Below are positions 52,855 to 64,000 of a DNA stretch of 64,000 bases, one piece after another. This DNA comes from Eledone cirrhosa. Taxonomy: Eukaryota. Within the stretch, counting starts at the first letter, position 1. Each line of letters opens with the position of its first letter. Both the position numbers and the translations under genes were made by a program. The notes under the pieces are model-generated. The model worked only from the letters and a program-made list of their open reading frames with translations. It was not told the DNA's origin and made no database searches. The stretch covers positions 28,582,001 through 28,646,000 of the forward strand of contig OZ024752.1 in the NCBI GenBank assembly GCA_964016885.1, written 5' to 3'.

Positions 52855-54729
52855 TATATTGTATTGGATTGACAGTATCGGTAGAGAGTCGGACACCATG
52901 CTTTGAAGCATAGAGTTACGTCCCTTTATCAAATCCCGCCGAGGTTAACTTTGCCTTTCATCCTTACGGGAGTTGATAAAATAAAGCACTGGGGTTGATT
53001 TGATCGACTTTCCCCTCCCCAAAAATTGCTGGCCTTGTGCCTATATAAGAAACAATTATATTATCCCCTGAAGGGTGTTGAATTGGCAGTATCGGTAGAG
53101 GGTCGGACATGCTTCCCAGCGTAGTTACGTCCCTTTACGATCTGAGTTCAAACCCCGCCAAGGTTAACTTTGCCTTTCATCTTTACGGGATCGATAAAAT
53201 AAAGTACCAGTAATGTACTGGGTATTTGCTGGCCTTGTGCCAAACGTAGAAACAATTATATTAGCGCCTGAAGTATTTGATCTCAGATCGTAAAGAGGCG
53301 TAACTCTATGTCATAAAGCATTTTGTTTGACGCTCTATCGATACTGCTTCACACAACTCGATGACTATTGCCAATAAAGGAAGGGCAGTGGATTGGCAGA
53401 ATCGGTAAACTGTCAGATAGAATGCTGTACAGTATTCGTTCTTGTATTCTGAGTCCTGAGTTCAAATCTCGCTATTGTCAACGTTGCTTTTCATCTTCCA
53501 GAATCGATAAACCTGTTAACTACTGAGGTTGATATAATCGACCTTCTCCTCACTTGAAAATGGCTGGCCTTGTGACTAAATTAGAAACCATTGTATATAA
53601 TGAAATTAAAATGTTAGGAATACGATATATAATATTAAACTAAAGAGAAAATATTGTATCTTTATTATTAATCTGCTCGTTCATATCTACTTTCATACCT
53701 GTGTCCGGATGTTATGGAAGGAAATCGAAAACATAATCGAAAATTATAATCATAATGAAACAAATTCAAGTGTTAAGCTTTAAACGACACTAAAACTATG
53801 GAAGGAAATCATAATTATAATCGAAATCTTTAACATAATGAAACGTTATAAAGTTCTATACATTTATGCATTAACATAGAAATACGAAAATTTATAAAAC
53901 ATGGAATTCTCACAATAATAATAGCGATTTTGGACATTACTACAAATTCACATATTTAGAGGAAGAGATCAGTCATTAAAATCGATTCTACTATATCATT
54001 CCTATGAATATTTTCGAATGCGGAAAGATGAAAGACACAGTAAATCTTCACGTGATTTGATCTCTGATAATAAATTGCTATACATAAATTTAGCAAAGCA
54101 CACGGTCTATCTTATATAGAATCTGTGCATCATTGTCCTATTCACAAAAGTAATAAAGATTTCTTGCAATGATACAAAGGCATCAAATTGACTTGCGGTT
54201 GGCTGCGTTCTGAATTCTATTTCTCCCATGGTCAAATTCTTTTATTCATCCATTTTGATCACTAAAGGTCCAATCAAATACTGACATCGATATTTCTTTC
54301 TTTTTTTTCAGTGCTTCTTTCTCTCATTATCTATCCTCGAATCATATTCGATGTGCTGTTAAAAGTAACTGCCCACATTTATACAAGTTTGGTTGACCTC
54401 ATACGAGGTTATATCTCATAGGAAATTTCTCAAGATTTTTAATGGTACGGACCTTTGTTCTATTATGAAAATCAAAAGTGAAATGAAGCATCTTGCTCAA
54501 GAATACAACACCTTGTATGCTCCTGGAATTGAACTCATGGTCTTATGGTCGTAAGCTCAAAATCCTAACTACTATCTCATGCACTTACACACATGGATGA
54601 GAAATGTTCCATCAGATCTAAACATAGTTTTCAGCTTAATGTAATATATACGTTCATCATTTCGAGGCCGATAAAAATGTACCAGTCTAGTACTGGGGTC
54701 GATTCTTTCACTGCATCTCTTTCTCACAT

Positions 54730-54791
<62 letters not shown>

Positions 54792-55397
54792 ACTCTCTCT
54801 CTCTCTCTCTCCCGCTCTCTATCTATCTATCTATCTCTCTCTCTCTCTCACTTTCTACTATACTCTGACATGGAGATCTATGAGCTCCGTCAGGCTTAAA
54901 ATACCCAAGAACTCCCTCACGACTCCAACAGGAGTTAATGGACCATACCATATCATAGATATCGACATTGCACCATGGTTTAAAGATTTCTCCATTGCAG
55001 TTTCATAAATATATATATATTGTTGTTGTGAAGGTGAATAACTTAACGATCGTAATGTCGTAAGTTGGATTCCAGGTGGTGCTTTGAGTCCATGAAAAAG
55101 CCTCTTTATTTTATATTGTTCTAGCTCACTCAACTAGAGTTGTATGTCTATTTTGAAGTAAGTATTGTCATAGACTGTAACGTGCGTAATCTCATTGAAA
55201 ATGCTGTTACGGTTATATGTATCTACGAAATACTCAGCCACTTGTACATTGATTCCACGAGGAGACTATTGCATAGATTGCACAAGTGGAACATTCGTTG
55301 GTATAAACAACAAACATTCAACACACACATACCCACACACACAGACACACACGCACACACACACATCCACACGCACACACACACATATATATATATG

Positions 55398-55479
<82 letters not shown>

Positions 55480-55480
<1 letters not shown>

Positions 55481-56052
55481 ATAATAATAAATGTGAAGAC
55501 TAAAATCCAAAAAGGGCTCGATAAGGATAAATATATATCAAATATATAAGAACCCTAGAGCAAATATTTATTAAAATAACAGATTAAAGTTTAAGCAAAG
55601 AATCGCTGCTTTCACCCTTAACGATTCTTTGCTTAAACTTTAATCTGTTATTTTAATAAATATATATATATATATGCCACCAAAGATCGAAAAGACAGAG
55701 GTAAACTTTGTTCAATCATTGTTTTTTTTTGGTTCAAATTCTAGCTGTCTGATGAGGCCATAGCTGTTGCACAATGGTTAACACCGAAATATATATAACA
55801 GTGAATATGATTAACGAAGTTAATTTAAACCTGTTGACTTACACTTCTTCACTTCTTGTTTATTTATTTATATATAGAGAGAGAGAGTAATAATAATAAA
55901 TTTGAAGACTATAATCCAAAGCGGGCTCGATAAGGATAAATATATATCAAATATATAAGAACCATAGAGCAAATATTTAGTTTCAGAAGATCCCGTTAAG
56001 GGTGAAAGCAGCGATTCTTTGCTTAAACTTTAATCTGTTATTTTAATAAATA
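55480..56052. mobile_element. Two fold-back elements of the 3779 family (HHR 55979-56029) surrounding an unrelated HHR (55744-55802)
   Basis: gctgt-CTGATGA-GG...CC-GAAA-TATATA-TA-acagt; agttt-CAGAAGA...aaact. Confidence 0.78.
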
Positions 56053-56279
56053 TATATATATATATATAGTTGTTGTTGTTATTGAAGCTTTAATTATCAT
56101 AAAATTATTCGTAGCGCAATTGGAAAATATCTATTTTTTCAGATGATTTCAGATGACTATTGTGAAGCTCATACCTATCTGTTATTTACGTGCGCCCACG
56201 CACATACATACAATTAAATGTGAACATTTATTTGTATATTGTAATTAAGTCAAGCTGTCTGCCTCACACATACGCACAC

Positions 56280-56337
<58 letters not shown>

Positions 56338-56599
56338 TCGACCTCACATACACTCACACACATATACTTGTCAGTCATTACATATGTATATGTGTGTGAA
56401 GATATGTGTGTATGTGTGTGTTTAATTCTCTGTGTATCGGATTAAATATTTACGTGAAGATCTGTGTGTATGTAACTTACTAAAGCCTAACGTATGTAAC
56501 GAACATGCAAACACACACAGATTCACAGACACATACACACTCATATACAAAATGTGACGCTGTCGTTGTCGTGTTAATAAAATGTCCGTTTACTTATAG

Positions 56600-56800
56600 T
56601 TGACTATAGTAGATTATTTTAGATAAAATGTTATATAGTTTTTTTCCAAATGAAAATAAAAATTACATGTTGCTAATCACGGGGTCTATTACTTTGTAAA
56701 TTTTGGTTTGATTTGGTCGTACTGTTTGAGAATGCATAAGGAAAAGACAGACAGACAGAGAGACAAAACATTTTATATAGAGAGAGATAGAGATATATAG
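56600..56800 (+). mobile_element. Possible Helentron-associated (DINE/HINE-like) element end
   Basis: aaattttggtttgatt.ggtc...gacagacagacaga...ttttatatagaga pattern. Confidence 0.35.
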
Positions 56801-56980
56801 TGTAGCGCTCCAGTATTACTTGGGCTAGCGATGACAGATCGAAGATATACAACACGGGACTAAACGTTAATTTTATACCAGTGCTTTTTTCAATCACCGC
56901 TACATTTGATCATACACATTGTTTATTTCAACTGGTTAATTTTAAAGGCCGAGAGCCGATATAGCCTCACTGAAATTTGG

Positions 56981-57015
<35 letters not shown>

Positions 57016-57089
57016 ATAGTATAGATTATTGTATAGGTAATCTAATAGTAATACAAACTAATTTTTTAAAGCCATGATTGTTTTTAATC

Positions 57090-57672
57090 GATCCATGGAA
57101 GGTACAACTGCTGGATATGCTCCGGAAAGGCAAAGGTTATGCCTCAGTAGGCGTCAACTAAAGCACCATACGCTACTTGAGGAAGAACGAGGCAGCGATC
57201 AGGACTACCATAGCAGTAGGTTTCTGTGAAAATGCCAAAAGGATAATGACAATGTGAAATAAGCATTTCGTGAGGATGGAATCTGCCTTGGCATTGCGGA
57301 TCAGCGAATGAAAGAAGAAAAACATCCCCTTGAGCGGTATCATCATCCGCGAGAAAGCGCGGAAATTATACCGGCGGTTCGATAGAATAGACGGAGCAGA
57401 AGGCACCGAAGAACCGCAACCTGGACCATCGATAGCACAGGAGCCCGAAGGTTTGCAAGCCAGTAAGAAATAGTTTGACCGTTTCTAGAAACGGTTTAAA
57501 ATAAAGTGTTTCCCTACATGGAGAGGCAGCATCAGCGGACAAAGAAGCCACCGAGAAGTACCTCGAGACCTTCAGGAAGATCATCGAGGACAAGGAATAC
57601 AAGCTAGGACAGGTTTTCAATATGGGCGAGACTGGTCTGTTCTGGGAGAAGATGCCTTGCAGAACGTACATC
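57090..57672 (+). pseudogene. Tigger/pogo-family transposase fragment
   Basis: VSLHGEAASADKEATEKYLETFRKIIEDKEYKLGQVFNMGETGLFWEKMPCRTYI; upstream HTH-like region contains stops and frameshifts. Confidence 0.85.
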
Positions 57673-58479
57673 TCTCCCTCTCCCACTCACTTATACTCTC
57701 TTTCTCTCTGTTCCCTTACTACTTCCGTTTTCTCTCGTCTCTGCCTCTTTTCGCCTACACCCGCCGAGGTTAGACTTGTTTGTCTTCGCTCTCCCTATCC
57801 TGCTGTCTATAAGACCTCGGATTTATGTCCAGCCACCGGTTTGACTTCTCTCTCTCTCCCAGTTACTTACATACATGTGTTTCTCCTCGTGTCACACTCT
57901 TATCTATATGTTTTCTGCGTTTTTTTCTCTTTTTTTCCCTTTTGTTTAATTTATTTTTCTCTCTTTTTTCCTTCCCCAATAAGTTATTGACGCACTGGGG
58001 ATAAACATATTGTCTTTAATACGTTGAATTTTCCGGGACCCCCAGCAGACAACTGAAGAGGGGACGTTTCCCTTGTTTGTGCTTTCCTTTTATTTCTAAA
58101 AACACTTTATCAAGTAACCACACAGCCCTTTGTTCCTTCTAAATTTTTATTAATTTTTATATATCTGTATTATATATACACAGTTCAAGAGTAATCAATC
58201 TTAAAGAGAGAGATGGAGATAGGAGAGGAGAAGAGAGATTGGTGAAACCAGTCTCTAATTAGTAAGATAAATATGTCCTTAGGCGGCCATCTTGTTACCC
58301 ATAGGCAGATCTCGCATAATTGCAGCCTCGACAGAAGAATATTGCTCGCCTATGGTAGACAATAGATTGACCCAGGACACCATAGTAAAATACCAATATA
58401 TGGAACATTACATTCATGTAACCATCTTTCTTTACCTTAATTTATATTCCTTATCAATATTTTCATTATCTCTTTTGAA

Positions 58480-58598
58480 GTTCCGATGAACTGCTCCATT
58501 TTTACCTAAGTTAATTATCTTCATCTGAACCAGATCAATAATGATCTATAATCATTTGATCCAGAAACATTATATGGAGTAGCGAAACAATTGTAAAC
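58480..58598 (+). ncRNA. Type I HHR motif, U4C core, about 94-nt stem II
   Basis: gtt-CCGATGA-aCTGCTCCAT...ATGGAGTAGc-GAAAC-AATT-GTA-aac. Confidence 0.75.
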
Positions 58599-59040
58599 GG
58601 ACATTATTAGTATTATTGTTATTCCTTACATTCCTTACATTAAACTACAACTATGTTGACAATCTTTAAATAATGTCTTCCTTGTGAAATTTGTGGTCTT
58701 GTTTTGCTTAACTAATGAATATGATAAATATGTATTATATATATATATATATATGGTATAGCAAGCCACATCGGACACTTGAATAGTTCCTTTATTTTCT
58801 TCAGTCGAAGATATACTAAAATATCAGGTCATATGAATAAATTAAGGTAAAAAAGGACAAACCCTACTTTTTTGTGCTTTTGCGTTGTGATTGTTTCTCT
58901 GTCCAAACCCTGCATTGTCGTGGCTTTCCAACTTCCTATATGATTATATATATATATATATCAATAATAATGAGTTCAAATCTCAGGCGATCATTTACAA
59001 TGAAATAGCTCGAAGAAAAATTATTTCTGAGCCGTGTAAT

Positions 59041-59220
59041 ATAGGTTAACACAAAATTAATATATTTGGTAAACACAAATATCCTCATATTTATGTTTGT
59101 ATTGTAAATGACCAAGTTAGCTAGATAGAAAGTCTATCTAGCTAACTTGGTCATTTACAATACAAACATAAATATGAGGATATTTGTGTTTATCAAATAT
59201 ATTAATTTTGTGTTAACCTA
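59041..59220. repeat. 180-bp near-perfect palindrome ending at (TA)n
   Basis: Centre agttagctagataga-aag-tctatctagctaact. Confidence 0.85.
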
Positions 59221-59233
59221 TATATATATATAT

Positions 59234-59613
59234 ATAAATTAATAAAAATAATGAATAAACAAAGAAACAGTTCCTTATATTAAAAAATTCATCATTTTAC
59301 GATCGTTTCTAAGATATATATGTGTTAGTGTTGGTATGCATATCCTATAGATCTATGTAAAAATTTTACAAACTATCAGAGGGAATATACATACCTACAC
59401 ATATATATGCTGTCTTCAGGATTATTTCTGAAGACAGCATATATATGTGTAGGTATGTATATTCACTCTGATAGTTTGTAAAAATTTTACATAGATCTAT
59501 AGGATATGCATACCAACACTAACACATATATATCCTAGAAACGATCGTAAAATGATGAATTTTTTAATATAAGGAACTGTTTCTTTGTTTATTCATTATT
59601 TTTATTAATTTAT
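59234..59613. mobile_element. 380-bp palindrome with an HHR core in each arm (59422-59555 plus; 59292-59419 minus)
   Basis: ttattt-CTGAAGA-about 100 nt stem II-GAAAC-GATC-GTA-aaatga; pivot immediately 5' of the core. Confidence 0.8.
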
Positions 59614-59804
59614 CTTGACTCTGTTTTCCTGTATTTTTCATCTAAAAAAAATGTTTGAATACATCATCTCTTTTCATGATATTCGGATTACATTGAGTTC
59701 TTCATACGGATTGGACACTACCGTACATTTTGGTAGATTTATCTACAAACTAAAGATATGTATGTATGTGTGTGTATACAACAGAATGGTATATACAGTA
59801 TGTA

Positions 59805-59872
<68 letters not shown>

Positions 59873-60346
59873 ATTCTGTTGTACAATTACAGAATTGTTT
59901 ATTGACTTTTGAATAAATAACTAAATAAATAAATAAACATCAAATTATCTAGATTGTAATTGGAATTCCCAGCTGGAGATAGAAATATTGTCCATTTATT
60001 CACACTGAAGGAATTGACAATTTTTGATTTTATTGAAACTTTTAATAAAACAATGTTTTCAAAATGTTCATTTTCGTTTTTTTTTTTCGTTTTTTTTTTG
60101 GGGGGGGGGTCTTTCTTCTCATTTATACTTAACGTGCAGCATCAGTATTATGTCTAATACTTCATTATTGCTACAGGCCAACATCGAATGTTGAATTTAT
60201 TATCATTTATTTTACTATCAGTTCCAGCTCATGCGGAGAGTGTAACTAAAGTATTGCTTCTACAATTTGGCTTTTTTATGTGTAAAATATATCAAATTGC
60301 AAAATATCTATAGCATTAGTTCTAGAAATATAAAAATTATATTTAA

Positions 60347-61205
60347 TACTAGCAGCAGTACCCAGCGTTGCCTGGGTAGGTAAAATAATATCTGCTTTGA
60401 TGAAAAGGTGTCGATGACTCATCTATGGCCACATACAGGCCATGCGGGGAGGGTGGTGATGACCTCTATCATTGAGAAACGCGGGTGACTGACGAAGGGG
60501 CATGCTGGAGGAGGGAGGTAATTACCTCTAACACTAAGCCAAATTTCCTCACGCTACTTGATTGGAAGCCGATGAATTCTCAAATACACAACTAAAAGCT
60601 CAGACGACGTCAGTGGCCATCGTTTTGCCTTTGACCATCAACTGGATAATTGGATGGAATTGTTTCGAATTTGAACGAAATCGGTTTAAAAATGTGGGAG
60701 CTAGAGCCGAAAAGGCGGAAATTTGAGCGAAAATGTGGTATTTTCGAATATTTAAGCGGCTGCCACGCCGTTTCTGAACAAAATATCCAAAATGTAAAGC
60801 GACTTTAATACGTAAAATAATTAGATCTAGCGTAGTGTAAAATTTGAACAAAGTAGGCTGATTAATGTGGGAACTAGAGCCGAAAAAGTGGAAATTTGAG
60901 TCTAAAAGTGGTATTTTTGAATATTTAAGCGGCTGCCACACCGTTCCTGAACAACAAATGCAAAATATAAAGCCATTACCGGATGTGCAATGATAAATTC
61001 TATTTTGCTTTAAAATTTGAACGAAATCGGTGGCAAAATGTGGGAGCTAGAGCCAAAGATCTTATTTTTCGATACCTAAAAAAAGGTGACCCCCCTATCG
61101 ATTTTTATCTGCAGAATGACCCTGGAATAAAAGAAAAACGATACGCTGATATATAGAAAACACTCCCCGATGACTAATCTATGAGCCTGTAAAGTTTCAT
61201 GTCAC
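60347..61205 (+). mobile_element. Probable Helentron-associated non-autonomous element with three internal about 170-bp repeats
   Basis: actagcagcagtacccagcgttgcctgggta end hairpin; aatttgaac...atgtgggagctagagcc repeated near 60668, 60840 and 61013. Confidence 0.45.
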
Positions 61206-62497
61206 TTACTATCGAGTCGGGGTCGACCCATGCTTTGTGTGTAGACAGAAACTTTTTTCAGGTCTGTCAGATGGATTGTGCCTGTAATTCAAACTGCAAG
61301 CCTTGTCACACAGTCACACATACACATACAGTGTCACCCTGAATCTCCTTGAGAGTTACATTAAGGCTAGACGAGTCGATGTAAAATCATGACCACGCTG
61401 TTTAATTGATCAGACAACTGAAACCCTAATTCTCGAATTGTCGAAACCGACAGAGGTGCATTCTATCCCCAAGCTAGGTTTCAAAATCCTTTTATCGCTT
61501 TTATCTCCAATATCAGAAACCATTACATATTATTATTGTTTAAAAGGGTGGTGGATTGACAGTATGGGTAGAGGGTCAGACACCATGTTTTGCAGCATAG
61601 AGTAACGGCCCTTTATGATCTGAGTTCAAATCCCGCCAAGGTTAATTTTGTCTTTCATCCTTACGAGGTCGATACAATAAAGTACCAGTAATGTACTGGG
61701 GTAATTGCTGGCCTTATGCGAAAAGTAGAAACAATTATTATTGTTTAGCTAACATACCATTGACGTCACCTTTGCCTTTCATCCATTCAAGGTCGATAAA
61801 AAGTGTACCAGTCTAGTACTGGGGTTGATTCTTCCTCTATATCACTTTTTCACTTCCTTTCTCTCACTTCCTATCCTTCTCTGAGGAGGGGCTGGGCTCT
61901 ACCAGGTTTTTTTAAATGCTGTAGAAACGCCGCATGTCAATGTGGCGCGCTGATGACTCCTTCGGGAGTTACGCTACCATACGTATATACATACCATTAT
62001 TCTTCGAAATAACACACAGGAAACAATAGATAAATATTCTCTAACTGAAATACAATAAAATATTCCTATTGTTTCAGAAAATCTTTTTTTTTTTTTTTTT
62101 TTTTGTAAATTGCTAATATATATTTTATTTTCTGTATGGTTTGTTTATGCATTTTTTTTATATCTTTTTATAATCCTGTAAGGCCTTTTCAGAATTAGTG
62201 TTGGGTGCCAACATTTTAACAAAGCTGTCCATTCCTGGTTTTGGCAGTCTTATGAAAAGATGTTTACGAAACCCCACCCGTGAAATTAGAAAATTGCTTT
62301 TTAAAGACAGATTATTTTACTGCAAGCATTACAATTTTTATGTGTATATATCACCTTTGTTTTATTTATATTATTTATTTTTTCATTTATGTTCTCTTTT
62401 GTTTATTTTTCTGATTTAATTTCGTTTTATTTTGTTGCTATGAATACCTCCAATTATGTGACAATACAGGTACAAAAGCAGTCAATAAGTACATGTA

Positions 62498-62523
62498 ATG
62501 ACATCGCTAAATAAGCTATAAAG
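62498..62523 (+). promoter_or_regulatory. ARE core (ATGACATCGC) and TATAAAG upstream of S-crystallin gene 2
   Basis: RTGACnnnGC match 337 bp upstream of the ATG. Confidence 0.35.
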
Positions 62524-62610
62524 AGAGTTTTAAGAGTAGTGGAAGGGGTGGGAACGAGATTACCCATTCAGGGTGGGGTGGGTGCAACGACTTGGTGTTG
62601 TATGCGTGGC

Positions 62611-62671
<61 letters not shown>

Positions 62672-62834
62672 TTATTTATTTATTTATTCATTTATTTATT
62701 TATTTATATACATATATATATTCAAAGATTTAACATTTTCACCCAACATAGGAAATTGTTACACCAGAACGAAAACATCGCTCTCCACTGTTCCTACTGT
62801 CTATTACAGATAAACATCTTAAACAACACCAACC

Positions 62835-62967
62835 ATGCCTTCCTACACTCTCCACTACTTCAACCACCGTGGCCGTGCTGAGATCTGCCGTATGCTCTTT
62901 GCAGCTGCTGGTGTCCAGTACACTGACCGCAGGATTGAAGGTTCAGTATGGAAGGATATGCGAAGCA
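62835..62967 (+). CDS. S-crystallin gene 2, coding exon 1 (rest lies beyond the window)
   Basis: [44 protein letters not shown] + phase-1 base; gtaagt donor; same intron position as gene 1. Confidence 0.95.
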
Positions 62968-63206
62968 GTAAGTAAACGTTTATACATTTAAATAATTTTG
63001 AAAACCAAACAATGCAATAGAAAGAAAATTAAAGCGCCAAGATAACAAAAGAATCTTACCTTAGCAAATTTAATGATCCCAAATATTTTCGGGTTTAAAA
63101 ACCAATTATCAAATATGTATATATTTTCATGAGTACACATGTATATATACTTATAACACGCACACAAACGGGCGCACACACACACATACATACATACATA
63201 CATACA

Positions 63207-63244
<38 letters not shown>

Positions 63245-64000
63245 GTGTGTGTGTGTGTGTGTGTGTGTGTGTCTGTGTGTATGTATAGGTATAGGTATAT
63301 ACATGTTGACAAAGGGACTTATTGTCCAGAAGGTGTATGTGCAGCCTGTCTGGACATGTCGGGAAATTGGACCTCTGAGTCACTGTCAGCTACATTTAAA
63401 GGCCAAAGATTGATGACATCTATATTTCCGTTTAGATAGTGATTTAAGGACTAAATTTCTAAATATTGTACCGATAATACGTTTTCTGATAGTTAATAGT
63501 AATTGAATAGTTAAATTTAATTATGATATAATATGTTAAAGACGTTTGATAAATGTGTTATTGATAGTGATGGTAGGATTGTATCAATAATTATTTACTA
63601 CAGGCCTTGGATCGAAAGTCCTTTGACAAATATTAGTTGTCTTTCGTCGACGCCAAGACAGTCGTCGTTGAGGAGGGAAACGAAACCAATTGCCTAAGTT
63701 AATTAGAGTTACATCCATGATAGGTTCTTTACCCACCCTCTGTATGATATATCGTATGATCTAGAGGTTCTCGTAGATCGATTTGTTAGGGATGGGTACA
63801 TCGGCGTTCCCCCAATGTTAACTCTTTGTACTGGTCCTAACGCAGTAGGGCCCGCGCGCCTATGATCACAGAACTGGGGATTCTCCAATTGTTCTGCTAG
63901 ATGCAATAAACATCGGTCAAATGGTCACCGAACAAGTCTTGTATATTAATATAGATTTCCTATCGATTCTACTCTGATTGTGACTTTCTAGCTGAACTAC

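Noticed and set aside
58054-58076. CTGAAGA-GGGGA..TCCCT partial hammerhead
   Set aside because: GAAA half is absent

Overview
Eukaryotic, extremely microsatellite-rich genomic DNA, almost certainly from an octopus (inferred from the genes and SINE types). Most of the supplied ORF track is translated microsatellite and is spurious. The real host content is a tandem pair of S-crystallin (sigma-GST-derived lens protein) genes on the + strand. One is complete, with 6 coding exons (12609-31228, 216 aa, reconstructed by hand). The other is represented by its first coding exon (62835-62967). Mobile content includes a near full-length Tx1/L1-type LINE, R4/Dong-type RLE LINE fragments, an RTE fragment, a Tigger/pogo transposase fragment, a hAT MITE, many tRNA-derived SINEs and Penelope-like elements (PLEs). 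The most striking signal is over 20 type I hammerhead-ribozyme (HHR) motifs from many distinct families. They sit in fold-back (head-to-head, 3'-ends-out) PLE-derived insertions that almost always abut (TA)n microsatellites and range from about 120 bp palindromes to a 5.8 kb inverted repeat inside an S-crystallin intron. Several fold-backs pivot on or next to the ribozyme itself. The HHRs include U4C/U4A cores, a compensated U3-A8 core and 60-100 nt stem II insertions. All coordinates and pairings were read by eye and may be off by a few bases.
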